From Mobula birostris (taxonomy: Eukaryota): DNA of 64,000 nucleotides. Under the pieces are notes generated by a model. It was not told where the DNA came from. It saw nothing but the letters and a program-made list of their open reading frames with translations, and did not search any database. A program made the translations under genes and the position numbers. Below are positions 37,201 through 50,383 of this stretch, piece after piece. Positions within the stretch are counted from its first letter, which is position 1, and every line of letters begins with the position of its first letter. The DNA lies in the NCBI RefSeq assembly GCF_030028105.1, contig NC_092395.1:43056459-43120458 (forward strand). Reading direction: 5' to 3'.

Positions 37201-40200
37201 GTGAACAAGGTTTTTAAACATTTTTATTGGCCTGGGTTGAGGAAAGATGAGACGACATTTTGCCAAACTTGTCACACTTGTCAGGTTGTGGGTAAACCTA
37301 ATCAAGTCACCTCAGTGGCCCCGTTACAACCCTTTCCTGCATTTGGTAAGCCATTTTCAAAAGTTATTGTAGATTGTTTTGGCCCATTGCCAAAAACTAG
37401 TGCTGGCCACCAATATTTGTTGACTATCATGTGTACCACATCTGGGTTTCCAGAAGCCATACCTCTTAGGAATATAAAAGCCAAAACTGTGACAAAGGCT
37501 CTCATAAAGTTTTTTTTAATATTATTTGGGTTAACTAAAGAAATACGGTTTGATCATGGAAGAAATTTTATGTCTGGTTTGTTCCAACAGATAGTTTATA
37601 AACTGGGAGCGAAATAGATTATGTCATCTGCATATCATCCTGAATCACAAGGGGCCTTAGAAAGGTTCCATTCTACCCTTAAAACTATGATTAGGACGTT
37701 TTGTGTTGAAAATGAGGAAAATTGGGATGAGTGAGTTCATTTGCTTTTGTTTTCAGTATGGGGATCAGTGCAGGAGTCCCTAGGCTTTAGTCCCTTTAGC
37801 TTGAGTTTGGGCACAGTGTCCAAGGACCTTTGGCATTATTAAAAGCACAGTGGGTTAATAAGGAAGTACATACTAATTTATTGGATTATTTCTTAAAATT
37901 TAAAGAGAGATTGTATAAAGCTTGCAGCTTAGCAAGGGAAAATTTAAAATCTGCTCAAGAAAAAATGAAAAAAAAAGAATGAAGGTATTTAAGCTAGGAA
38001 ATAAGGTGTTTGGTTCTTTTCCCTCTGCAAACGAACCCTTTACAAGCTAGATTCCATGGTCCTTACGAGATTATATTGAAAGTTAATAATGTGGAGTATG
38101 TGATAAAAACACCAGATTGAATGAAGGCCAATGCAACTTTGTCATGTACGTATGATAGAGCCTTATTATGGGAAACAATCCGCAGCTATGACTGTTGTTG
38201 TCAGTGGCAATAAGTCTGACCTCCCTGGGAACTTGTTAGCTGATCCATCTGAGGATTATTTTAAAACAAACATTATTTCTGCCAGACCAACAAATTCGAC
38301 AATTTTGGAAAATATTGATGAGAAATTGGCTCATCTACAGCCACAGAAGAGGCAGCAGATGAAGCAGTTAATATTGAAAAATAGGAATTTATTTCCAGAC
38401 GTTCTGAAAAGAACAACTGTAGCCTCACAGATTGTAGAGGTTGGAAGTCGCAAACCTATAAAGCAACATCCACATTAAATAAATGTGAAAAAATGTACAC
38501 TTGCTGAACAAGAAATTAAGTATATGTTAGATAATGATATTATTAGACTCTCTACTTTGGATTAGAGTTCATCTTGTGTCATGGTGCCTAAACCATATGG
38601 TAGTATTCGGTTTTGTACTTACTACAGGGAGGTGAATGCTGTAACAAAACAGATGCGTATCCAATCCCTAGGGTAGATAATTGTGTGGACAGGTTGGAAA
38701 AGCAAAGTTCCTTACAAAGATTGATTTGTTAGAAGGGTATTGGTGTGTTCTACTGACAGATAGAGGTAGAGAGATTTCTGCATTTGTAACACCATCTGGG
38801 TTATATGAGTATAATGTTCTACCATTTGGAATGAAGAATGCACAAGGAACCTTCCAGAGAATGATTAATTCTGTAATTTGAGGGTTGAAACATATAGATG
38901 CCTATATTAATAATTTAGTCACAGGGAATGACACTTGGGAGGCACATTTTTCTGCAATGGAAAAACTGTTTGACAGGCTTTCAAAAGCTAACCTAACTGT
39001 TAACTTAGCTAAAAGTGAATATGGGTAGGCCACTGTAACCTATCTTGGTTACGTTGTGGGTCAAGGCAGGGTAGCTCCTGTTCAGGCAAAAGTTCAGGCA
39101 ATTTTGGGGGTTCCCACTCCAACTGGTTCAAAAGCTCTTAGGTGATTCTTGGGAATGGTAGGTTATTACCGTAAGTTCTGTAAGAACTTTGCCGAGATTG
39201 CTCTTCCATTAACTAACCACCTGAAGAAAGGTGAGAAGTTTGTTTGGACAGAGCCATGTCAGGAAGCATTTGATAAATTGAAAGCCATCCTATGTCACCA
39301 ACCTCTGCTCAAATCACCTGATTTTGAAAGGGTGTTTTCCTTAGCTGCAGATGCCAGCGATGAGGCTGCAGGATCAGTGTTACTACAAAGGGATAATGAT
39401 AATGATGTTGACCATCCTGTGGCTTATTTTTCCAACCAATTTATTGGGCATCAAGGAAATTATTCAACCATAGAAAAAGAATTATTATCTCTTATTTTGG
39501 CTCTACAAAAGTTTGATGTGTATGTTGGCACAACTCAGAAACCACTCGTGGTTTACACCGATCATAATCCATTGGTATTTTTTGAGTAAGATGACAAACA
39601 AAAATAGAAGGTTACTGAATTGGAGATTAATTTGACAAGAATATGATCTTTTAATAACTCACATTAAAGGCAAAGATAATGTAATTGCTGACTGTTTGTC
39701 CAGATGTTGAACTTGCAATGTAATTCTGATATTTGTTTACACCCCTGCCATATGTTGCATTAGTACTGCATGATAACTGAATGTGTATGGTGCATTTTGT
39801 AAATTTTATACAGTTGTATGTTTTGGTAATTGTAGTTAAAATTTTGCTCTTGATAGATAAAAATTTTCTTTTCTTGTTGGGAGCTGTTACATATCCCGTG
39901 AGTATGCTATTGAAATTATGTAATTGTCTTATGCTATTGGAATTATGTAATGGTCTCGTGCCATTAGAATGACGTAATTGTCTTGTGATAGTGGGGTGAT
40001 GTGATATCACATGATGGCATGCGTCAACTCATATAAAAGGGGAAACTGCAGTTGTTGCATAGTTCGTTTTAGTAACTACCATTGGTAGTTACGCCATCAG
40101 AGAAGAAGAAAGAGTGAGAGTGAAGAATCCCCAGCTCTGAACGAACCCTAAAAGGATTTGGGGTTATCCTGCGGCATTCCGCACAATACGGGTGTGACAT

Positions 40201-40655
40201 TTGGAATTGTTCACACGTGGCACGAATGTTTTGTTCACCGTAAGGTGGCAAGGGTTGTGCGATGATCACTTTGTTGAAAGGTCAGTTACATTGAGAAATT
40301 GTATTCTGTGTCATAACTTCGGACAAGGCATTTCGGATGGAAGCTGCATCAGCAGCGACGTCTTTACTTTGGGGACTGTTTGAAAGCTGGTTTGGAAAGT
40401 CTCTCCTCTCGACTATTTTCAGGAATTGTTTGGACTTACTAAATAAACACCTTAAGACTTAAGTGCTTTAATAAGATCTGTTAAGAATTGTCTTGAAGTT
40501 TGACCGTTTGATCACAAATGACACATAATGCTTTTACTATCCGTTTTAAGTTAATTGTTTGTTTACTGTCCATGTTTTTGAGTAGAGGTTAATAAATGTT
40601 GTTTATTTTATAAAAACTTGACTCAAATTCATATCTATTTTTACTGGTTAAAACA
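34250..40655 (+). mobile_element. Gmr1-type LTR retrotransposon remnant (gag-PR-INT-RT-RNase H, probable 3' LTR from 39885), 5' end lost
   Basis: Gag (YDTVKQG, CCHC knuckle CYYCKKPGHVMANC), protease region, integrase 36853-37800, RT 38460-39100 and RNase H 39149-39700. TGTTAC at 39885; the LTR right end is approximate. Confidence 0.85.
34380..35845 (+). mobile_element. hAT (Buster/Charlie) DNA transposon, internally deleted, nested in the Gmr1 gag
   Basis: TIRs AAGTGGTCCCTAACC / GCTTGGGGACCCCTG (11/15); 8-bp TSD GCCTACGA / GCCTATGA; BED-finger region (ICGGKLSNEAMKPSKL) and dimerisation domain (LPFPTSYLREAGFS). Confidence 0.92.
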
Positions 40656-40744
40656 CACTCTAGGGTACCCCTTTTCACCATCACTCCATATTCATGTGAA
40701 AGTTCGACCTAGATTTGATCTTCCAAAATGCAATGCTTTGCACT

Positions 40745-41340
40745 TAGAAATACCGAAACATAGAAACATAGAAAACCTACAGCACAATACAGGCCCTTCG
40801 CCCCACAAAGCTGTGCCGAATATGTCCCTACCTCAGAATTACCTAGGCTTTACCCATAGCTCTCTATTTTTTAAGCTGCATGTAGTCAACCAAGAGTCTC
40901 TTAAAAGACCCTTTCATTTCTACATCCACCACCACCACTGGCAGCCCATTCCACATACTCACCACTCCCTGCATAAAAAACTTAGCCCTGACATCTCCTC
41001 TGTACCTAATTCCACGCACCTTAAAACTATGCCCTCTCGTGCTAGCCATTTCAGCCCTGGGGAAAAGCCTCTGACTATCCGTATGATCAATGTCTCTCAC
41101 TATCTTGGACACCTCTATCAAGTCACCTCTCATCCTCCATCGCTCCAAGGAGAAAAGGCCGAATTCACGCAACCTATTCTCATAAGGCATGCTCCCCAAT
41201 CCAGGCAACATCCTTGTAAATCTCCTCTGCACCCTTTCTATGGTTTCCACGTCCTTCCTGTAGTGAGGCGACCAGAATTGAGCAAAGTACTCCAAGTTGG
41301 GTCTGAGCAGGGTCCTATATAGCAACAACATTACCTCTCA
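40745..41340 (-). mobile_element. CR1 LINE 3' end
   Basis: ORF 40864-41331 (LYRTLLRPNLEYFAQFWSPH); tail AAACATAGAAACATAGAAA. Confidence 0.9.
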
Positions 41341-44099
41341 GTGATGTTATCCAAATTGAACTCTATTTGACATACATAATCTCACATCCCCAGCTGATCA
41401 AGCTGCACCTGTAATTATTAATGATCTTCTTCATTATTTAGTATTAATCATGTCTTGTATGTTCTTATTCAAGATGACAAACATTAATTGGTCCAGCACC
41501 ATCCCTCGAGGCACAACATTAATCATAAGAAACCAGACCAAGAAACTATCCTGAAATATCCTGTGAGTGCCCATGGTCAATATGGGTCATTATACAGTTC
41601 TCCCATTCTCAGTTGCACATCAAGCAAACCTTCACAAGTGCAATGCCGAGAATGGGTCAAAGTTCAATGCTCTGAACAAGTTCATGCATCGACATTACTT
41701 CTTGGATGTTGCTCATACGAGATCAAATTCTCTCAATGAAAGAATTCTACCTTTGGCGTTGGGAACAGGAAGTGTGGCTGCCCTTTTCCGGGTGATCTTG
41801 TTTTGGTCCAACATTTCATCTATGAACATGGATACGCTGTGGTTTCCAAAACCTGGTCTCAACACTGTCATTTTTCAGACAAGGCCAGGATTAGCTGTTA
41901 ATTCTAATAAGGGCCAACAGGGAGTAGCTGAATAAAATAAGGGAATTTTCCACCTCTGCTCAAAGTTAAACCACTCAGCTTGAATCTTTGTGTGCTGCAA
42001 TTTTCCCTCTTTCTCTGAGAGCATCAGGAGCATCAGTCTCACTGACCCAGTGACCCCTCTTCCCATGGGAATCCAGACAGTGAGTGTGGCAGACAAGAGC
42101 AAGTGAACCCATTTGGCCCAGTGCTGCCCTCCTCACACAGCCAGCAATCAGGGTCACCGACAGAGATCAGGAGTGTGGACATGCTGGCTGAGCTTTAACT
42201 TGTAATCTGAAGCAGGGACGCAGGTTGTAGTTACTGCAATCTCCGGGGAAGTTCGATTGAACCATTTTGGAAAGGTAGCATGACACGGACCTTATTGGTC
42301 TGTATATCTCATTGAATGATTATTGCATAGACATATTTTGTTATGTAAGTCTATCCACTCAATGATGGCTGTCATCAATGACATACATCTCCCTCGAATC
42401 CATTGCCCTATTTATTGCATTCAGTTCTGGTCATCCCAATACAGGAAGGATGGGGAGCCTTCAGAGAGGTTACAGAAGAGGTTTACCAGGATGCTGCATA
42501 AAGTTGAAGGCAGGTGGGATAAGGAGCGATTGGATAAATCAGGTATATTTTCCCATGGTGAAAGTGTCTGATACTTGAGGGCATTCATTTTAGTTGAGGG
42601 GGCTAAGTTGAATGGAGGTTTGCAGGCCATATGCTTCCACAAAGAATGGTGAATGCCTAGAATGTCCTGCCAGAGTAGGTAGTGAAGGCAAATATGTGTT
42701 ATTTCTGTTCCTTGCTTATCTTAGCAGAATCAAAATATCTCCGTATTTTTTCTGCTTGAGATACTATGGATTCAGAGATTAATGACCTGGGTTTGCATTA
42801 TACAGTGGATGATCATTAATGAATGTCAATGATGCATTGTGCTCAGTTTCATTTAGGAGATTTGCCCCACTGGAGTTAATTATTTCATTACCTTCCACCA
42901 GTCTCTGACATCCTGAATGTCCTTGCAGCACAAAATTGCTTTACGATCGGCCACTTTAATCCTTTAAATATCTTTCCTCCAAAAGGAGGAAATCAAGGGG
43001 CTGAAACCAAATTATAGACTCCACCAGGAACTGGTTTTCAGAATTTTTCTTTTTGTAATCAAATAGAGATGTAGTCAGTCAAAACGAACACCAAGCTTCA
43101 GAAGGAATATTTGGAATATCAAAGCATAGGACTTATAAAAAAATACAGAGGCAGGGGGATGAAGCGAATGACAAGAAATTTATGTGAGAATTATGAAAAT
43201 TTGGATGTTTTGGTAACAAGGCAGTTGGGGGCATGGAAAATATACTGAAGAATTACAAGTCGAAAGCCAAAAGAAGAGACAGAGAAATAGGGGTAGAGGC
43301 ACATGAGACAAATAATGAGAATTTTAAATTGGACGCAAGGTATCAAATTAGGGCAAGTAGAGATGGATAATCGATCAAAGGATCCTGATGGTGCTTCTCA
43401 ATTGCATCAATGAAAGTGATGAATATATTGCTGGCAAGGACAAAATTTGTTGCCCTTCTTCATTAGGAGAAGGCATTCCTGATGGGCTGCCTTCTCAACT
43501 GTCCAAAATTTGTATCATGTATGTACAGTACTTCTGCAGTGACATTGGGCTGGAGGTTCCAGTAACCATAGCAGAGACAACAAAGAAACTATTCAGGATA
43601 ATGAGTGACATTGGGGTGAGGAAGTGGCATCCAGCTCGTCTTGTTCCAAAGTGCTGATCTCTCTTGACCTTTGTGATAGTGCAAGTCACTTGTGTTAATG
43701 ATGCTGCTGAAGAAGCCTTGCAGTGAATCTCGATCCCCACTCATCCGGATGGATTCCATCCAGGCTCAGACACTGTAACATGCTGCATTTCACTACCTGC
43801 AGTGCCATTGATATTATAATCAGCTGTGTAATCTATCCTTCAGCAGTTTTCTCCAGAGGGGGTAGAATAAATCTGCTGTTATTCCTCTGCCTCACTGACT
43901 CTCCAATTGTTACTCCCCGATTGATCAGGTCATAGTTTGGACTGCAACTGCTTTTGGCAAAATAGCATAGAGTAAAACTGAACTCAACGGTCCCAGGACT
44001 GGCCAAGTTCTGTGTTATTCCCATTTACTTCCTACAGAAGCAGTGGGCCATGCATTGGGAGAATAGACACTAGAATGCTTAGATAGCCTGAGAGACATA

Positions 44100-44410
44100 T
44101 CAGACAGTGTTGTTATCTCACAGCTTCAGCGACCTGGATTCGGTTCTGAGTTTGTCCATGTGAAATCGGTATGTTCTCTCTGGGACCATTGAGTTTCCCA
44201 CTGATGTTCTGTTTTCCTTGTACAGTGCAGATATGTTACTGTAAGTTGCACCTTATTGCAATGAAGCAACAAAAGAATCAAAGGATGATTGATGGCATGT
44301 GTGAGTAAAATGGAACCGGCATCAATGGGGTTACTCTATTAAGAGCTTATATGGACCTAATGGGCTGAATGGCCTCGTTAGGTGTTTACCTAAATAACAA
44401 TTCCACAGTT
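44100..44410 (+). mobile_element. Degenerate HE1/V-SINE-like element with CR1-type tail
   Basis: CTCACAGCTTCAGCGACCTGGATTCG...GTTCTCTC...GTTTCC core and ATGGGCTGAATGGCCT tail. Confidence 0.5.
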
Positions 44411-45494
44411 TCTGCTGTAATATTTGATTACTGACATCTTTTCAGTGTAAAATTATGACAAATGATGATTATTTTCCTCCTGTAGAGGTGCTGAGATATC
44501 ATAAACTGTGAAGAAGTTAGTGTGAGATTTCTCTGATGGGATTCATGGGTCTTGAACATTGTATCATAGTTATTTAGTACATAAGTTTTTTTTTTCCCCC
44601 AGGAACCTTGGGCTGCAATGTCTGGGTTGTGGGAGATCAAACCTGGGATACCACTCAACACAATAAATGACCCAGCACTCAGAAAGGAAAACCATTCCTC
44701 CAGGCAATGATGCTGCTTAGCTTGGATTCACTATTGTAGATATTCAATCAGCTGGACAGCTCCTGACAACTCCACTAAAGATGGAGTCAGCTGATTCTTT
44801 TCCTGCTGATGGAAGGAAGATTTTACGTGCTACTGCCAATCAGATCTGAGCTGGCACTGAGCTGCTTATCTACGGAACAAAGATAGAATGGATCAGAATG
44901 GTCCAAGGGTGGTTATATTGAAGTGAGGTCCAGTGTTGCTCAGTAAGGTGAGTTCTTACAGTCGGTGATGTGTCATGATAGCAAGTAGGTGCATTTCCTT
45001 ATGCACATTCACTAAGGAGAGGAAGTAGATTACTCAGCCCTTTGAACCTGCTCTGCCATTCAATCACATTATGACTGATCTTGCTGTAACCTTAAAGCCC
45101 CATACTCCATGTTCCAATAACTTTTCACCCTCTTACTGATTTTACCATGTGATTTGAATCTGTTTCCACAGCTCTCTGAGAAAATGAGATCCCAAGGTTT
45201 GTGGTTCTCTGAGAGAGAAGCAACCATTGATTCACATCTGTCCTAAATAGCCAGACCCTGAATTTTAAACATGAACACCATGTTGTAGATGCTCCTACAC
45301 GAGGAAACATCCTGTCCATAGCCACCCTGCAAAGATCCCTCCAGAGATGATGATCCAATTAATTTCCCTTTCAGCCTTCAAAATTCCAGTGGATACAGAC
45401 CTCACTTTCCCTCACAAGATGACCTATACATCAGAGTACTGAATCCAGTAGAAGAGGAGAAATGAGAGAGAAATGTCTGTTCCTGCTTCCTGCT

Positions 45495-45640
45495 AGCTGG
45501 CTGATGGTGCAGTGGCATCTGTACCGGACTTCAAGGTGAGTGGTCTCTAGTTTGAATCCAGCTGGCTCCTTGCACACTTTACATCCGTGCTGCACTGAGC
45601 ATTGAGTGAGCAACTTGGCCTTACTAAAAACAGGCAAATG
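45495..45640 (+). mobile_element. tRNA-derived SINE
   Basis: Pol III A box TGGTGCAGTGG (45505-45515) and B box GTTTGAATCC (45550-45559); no full cloverleaf. Confidence 0.6.
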
Positions 45641-45689
45641 GAAAATAAACTGCAAAGAGTATTTTCAGTACAGCAGATGAGGTCTCACC

Positions 45690-47260
45690 ACTACTCCTTT
45701 CAACAGAAACACAGATTGCTGTATTCAGATAAGCTACCTGGACCAGATGGACTACAACCCAGGTTTCAGAAAGAGGTAGTTGATAAGATTATTGAGTTGA
45801 GGCCTTAGTAGTGATCCTTCAAGAATCACCAGATTGTGTAATGGTTTTGGAACAACTGAAAATTATAAATGTTACTCTACTCCTTAAGAAGGGAAGAACG
45901 CAAAAAACAGGAAATTATAGGCCAGTTAGTCTGACTTCAGAGGTTGGCAAAATGTTACAATTCATTATTAAAAATGAGTTTTGGGTAATTGGAGACACTT
46001 GATAAAATAGGCAAAAGTCAGCATGGTTTTCTGAAAGGGAATTCTTGCCTGTGAAATCTGTTTGAATTCTTTGAGGAAATAACAGGTAGGTTGGACAAAA
46101 GAGAGTTAGGGTAAGTTTTTTTACTTGGATTTTCAGAAGCGTTTAAGAAGGTGCCGCACATGAGGCTGATAAACAAGATAAGATCCCAAAATATTGCAGG
46201 ACAGATACTAGCATGGACAGTAGATTGGTTGACTGGCAGGAGACAAAGAGGGAGAATAAAGGGGACCTTTGGTGATTGCTGGTGACTAGTAGTGTTCCAC
46301 AGCAATCAATGTTGGGACCACATCTTTTCACATTATATGTCAATGATTTAGATGATGAAATTGATAGATTTATAGCCAAGTTTGTGGATGATACAGAGAT
46401 AGGTGGAGGGGCAAGTAGTGTTGAAGATGCAGATAGTATGGAGAAGGACTTGGACAGATTAGGAAAATGGGCAAAGAAGTGGCAGATGGAATGCATTTTA
46501 GGGACGTATATGGTCATACACTTCTGTCGACTATTTCCTTAATGGGGAACAATTTCAGAAATTAAACATGCAAAGAAACCTGGGAGTTTCAGAGCATGAA
46601 TCCCAAAAGATTAAGTTGTAGGTTGTAATGCTGGGGCTTTATAAGGCATTGGTCACACTGCATGAGGAATATTGTGAGCAGTTTGGGGTCCCTTATCTGG
46701 AAATTTATATGCTGTCATTGGAGAGAAGGTTCACGAGAATGATCTCTGGAATGAAAGGGTTAACATACGTGTTGCGTTTGATGGGTCTGGACCTGTACTT
46801 GCTGGAGTTTTAAGGAATAGGGGTAGGGGGGTGTTGTAATCCCATTGAAACCTGTTGAATGTTGAAAAGCCGAGTAGAGTGGACATGATGAGGCTGTTTC
46901 CAATAGAGGGAGAATCTAGGACCGGAGAGCAGAGCCTCAGATTACAAGGATGTCACTTTAAAACAGAGCTGAGGAATTTATTTAGCCAGAGATAGATGAA
47001 CATGTGAAATTCATTACCCGAGACACTGTGGAGTCCATGTTAACGGGTATATTTAAAGCAGAGATTGATAGGTTCTTGATGAATAAGTGCATGGAAGTGT
47101 ACAGGGAGAAGACAGGCAAATGGCGAGAAGGATAATTAATCAACAATGGCAGGACAGACTCGATGGGCCAAGTGATCTAATTCAACGACTATGTTTCCTA
47201 TGGTTATTGATGAAGCAGCAGGTGGAATGTACAGCATCAGGAAATGCTGCATTGATATCC
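45690..47260 (+). mobile_element. Decayed CR1 LINE (RT and 3' end)
   Basis: GNYRPVSLTS, LDFQKAF, VPQQSMLGPHLF, KFVDDT and LYKALV motifs across broken frames. Confidence 0.88.
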
Positions 47261-48377
47261 TGGGACTGGGATGTTTGATATAGAATAACCACAACATCTT
47301 ATTCTGGTGAGATATGATTCCAGTCACTGTTATGTTTTCCTCATGACATCCATTGATTTTAGTGTTACCCGGACTTGATGGCATGTTTGAGAACAAACGG
47401 ACACTAATGGGGTTGCTCTTTTGGGAGCTGGCATGGTCCCAATGTGCTGAATGGCCTCATGATTTATTTTCATAAATTCCACCATAAGACCATAGGGCAG
47501 AGGAGCAGAAACCGGCCATTCGGCTCATTGAATCGGTAGTACTATTCCATCGTTGTTGATTTGTTATCCCTCTCAAACCCATTCTTCTCCCTTCTCCCTG
47601 TAACCTTTGACACGTTTTCTAATCAAGAAAATATCAACCTCCATTTTATGTAGCGAGCTGGTGGGGAGGGAAAGGAAGGATCAAAGTAGGAACAGGTTTC
47701 GGGAAATAAATGCAACAGTGCTGTAAATGGAGAGAGGTTGAGAGTTCAGCCGAGGAAGCATTTGTTGGGGGTAGGAAGGAGAAGAGAGAAGACGGGAGTG
47801 CGGCTGAGCCAGTAGGGGAAGGGGGATCAGGAACTAATGTGAAACAAATCCTTAACTATTCTGTCTCTGGACTCTTGCCTCCGCACACTATCACCCAATA
47901 GATAGTCGAGGAACAGGATTAAACTTCTGACTGGGCAATTTTCATCCCTTGTGACCCAACCATTTCAGATCGCCGGACTTTCTAGTTTGTGTCAATATTG
48001 GTCACTTCTGACGAAGCCTCATTAGCTCAGAACGTAACTACAATTTATTCCTCTCTCCGCCAATGCTGCCCAGGAGCCTGGAAATTTGCAGCCACGATTA
48101 TGTTCATTTCCTGTATCAACCTTCCCAAAACCAACTGCTTCGTTCTAATTTTACACCGCAGCCTTACAGTCAACCCATCAGCCTATCCCCGATTCTCAAC
48201 AATGGAACTTCCTTACCAAGCTGCCGCACAGATTTCCTAAACTTCACCAAGCCAGGTCACGAACCAGAGCCGAGAGAGGAATCAACTCCCTCTTCCCTCC
48301 TCCCACTCAGTGTCAGAATTGGAAAAACACGAAAGATGACGAAACGCACACACTGGAATCGTTCCTGCACTGATCAT

Positions 48378-48440
48378 TTTATTGGTAATTAATTATCGTC
48401 AGTCAGTCTAATTACGATAAGGAATCACAAAACATTTATT
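48378..48440 (-). terminator. Two AATAAA polyadenylation signals of IgL cluster 2
   Basis: TTTATT at 48378-48383 and 48435-48440, paralogous to those of cluster 1. Confidence 0.75.
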
Positions 48441-48728
48441 AATCATTCGAATTCATCCAAAACCAGTTTCAGAGAAAACCAAACATCGCCTGAAATTTCC
48501 AGAAGACAAGTAACTGTGTGCTTTAACACCGTGTAGCCTCTCAGCAGGAAAAAAGAACATAATCAGCCTCGGGTACAAATATTCCAACATCACAGTGGAA
48601 ACTACAGACAGCGGAACAGAAGAAAAGTACAGAGAAGAGCGAGTAAAAGTAAGAGTGGTAGAGGTGAAAGATACAAGGCCATGATCTCCCGTTAATCGGG
48701 AACAAACAAGGCCGAAGCCGCGCTCTGT

Positions 48729-49051
48729 TTAACAGCTGGATTGTGTGACTGTTGCGGATATTGTCGAGGCTGCTCCTTGTTGAACTGAGCAGGAGTACCT
48801 CTTCCCACTGCTCCAGTCTGCGCCGGGCACCGTCAGGTAGCTGCTGAGACTGAAGGTTTTGTCCGCGTTCTGAGTCACCCCGCTGGTTTGCACCTCACTG
48901 CTCGTCGGACGGTTGTTCACTGTCCAGCTGACCACAGGGAAGCCGATCGACAATTTACTGACCAGGCAAACTAAGGTGCCCGATCCTTTAGCGGAGATCT
49001 CCTCGGCTGACGGCCCAAGTAGTTTCACTGAAGGGTCTGGGAGCTGCCGAT
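48729..49051 (-). CDS. IgL-sigma: IgL constant exon, cluster 2
   Basis: TTGCAG acceptor; (D)RQLPDPSVKLLGPSAEEISAKGSGTLVCLVSKLSIGF..TVTQSSC*. Confidence 0.96.
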
Positions 49052-49260
49052 CTGCAACGGGTACAAGAGAAAACGTGTTTCAAGTCGCAGAAGAGCTCTC
49101 GTCATTTCGCAGTTTGACAGAGGCGTAATTAAAAGGTTTCAACTTCATTGTGTTGAACCCAGAGTCTCACCAAGGGACAAGACAGTGCCCATGGAGGACG
49201 GTGCATGAAGGTCAACACGGAAAAACTAGAAATCTACTGCAACCGGTGAGGCTGTTAGTC

Positions 49261-49433
49261 CCCCTCCTGTCTTCTCCTATCATTTTGGATCTCCCCCTCT
49301 CCCTCCAACTTTCAAATCCCTTACTCACTCTTCCTTCAGTTAGTCCTGACGAAGGGTCTCGGCCTGAAACGTCGACTGCACCGCTTCCTAGAGATGCTGC
49401 CTGGCCTGCTGCGTTCACCAGCAACTTTTATGT
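49261..49433 (+). mobile_element. 173-bp PLE 3' fragment in the cluster-2 J-C intron, with a 15-bp TSD and a complete minimal hammerhead motif
   Basis: TSD GTGAGGCTGTTAGTC at 49246-49260 and 49434-49448; empty paralogous site near 10447-10462. Confidence 0.9.
49341..49378 (+). ncRNA. Minimal type I hammerhead ribozyme motif (PLE-associated)
   Basis: Stem I TAGTC/GACTG, core CTGACGA, stem II (A)GGGT-CTCG-GCCT, GAA, palindromic ACGT stem III, predicted GUC cleavage after 49373. Confidence 0.65.
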
Positions 49434-50383
49434 GTGAGGCTGTTAGTCTCTGAGTCATTCCCGGAGTTAAGAGACACACTGGCATCAAAGCGCCCCAGAG
49501 TAGATTAATGTGCTCACTCTCGGTGCCATCAGTGACATATTCCTCCTCTTCCCTCCAGCCCGCCCACCCATCATTAATGAGAATATATATGTTACAATCT
49601 GCTCTGCCCCAGTGGGCGAGGGCACTAAATGCGCGGTCCTGAGCTCCATGGAGCGGGTCAGGGTAAGACCGCTCTGTGACCTGTGATAATGTCGAACGAT
49701 TCGGCTCCCACTCACATGGGGGACGGGAGGCTGGATTCTCCGCAGAATCTGAGCACCGGCCACAGTCGGTGTAGTGACCGGGATCGATGAGCAACGGTTC
49801 CTGGGAAGGAGCAGCTCTCACGTGAATCGGTGGAAGGAGAGAGAAGGCAAGGACTGGGCAGTGGGAGAGGGTCCTTTAACGGATGGGTGCTGGAGGAGAG
49901 TTCCACCCTCACTGGGAGGGCAGGATGTCTCGCTGGAAAATTCGAATTAATAACTTGAAACTTGTCGTTCTGCTGTGTTTGCAACTATGGGCTGTCTTCA
50001 GCCGGCAGTGCCCTACCCCCACGGACAACTTTGGCCTCACTTTAGGAAGATGGATGCCTTCACGTCCGTTCCAATTAAACCAACACAAAAACAGACAAAC
50101 TAAAACTAGGGCAGAAGTAAAACGAATGAACAGAAAGTTTGTCCGAATCATGGTTTGTCCGAAACACACAACCGAAAAGAGAAATGCTTCATTAAAATAC
50201 GGAAACAATTCTCCGAACCCAACTCTATCGATTAAAACTGATACTGCTCGCGAACACGATTGGACTGTAAATCAACATTTTCATTGTAAAATTCGCTAGG
50301 TAATTATAACTTATAACTTGTTAATTGACGGGTGACCGTATTTATGGCGAGGTCGCCGCAGAAGATATTTATCGGACACTTAC

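Noticed and set aside
41567-41935. 122-aa ORF that looked possibly membrane-protein-like
   Set aside because: The adjacent opposite strand shows decayed CR1 RT motifs (VVPRGMVLDQLMFVI resembles GVPQGSVLGPLLFVI), so it is most likely an antisense shadow.
45495-45570. Possible tRNA gene
   Set aside because: A and B boxes are present, but there is no convincing acceptor or anticodon stem and it continues into a SINE-like body.
49261-49433. Calling the GATGCTGCCTGGCCTGCTG short repeats HE1 SINE tails
   Set aside because: The same tail follows a GIY-YIG remnant at 25420-26200 and carries a hammerhead motif, which indicates Penelope origin.
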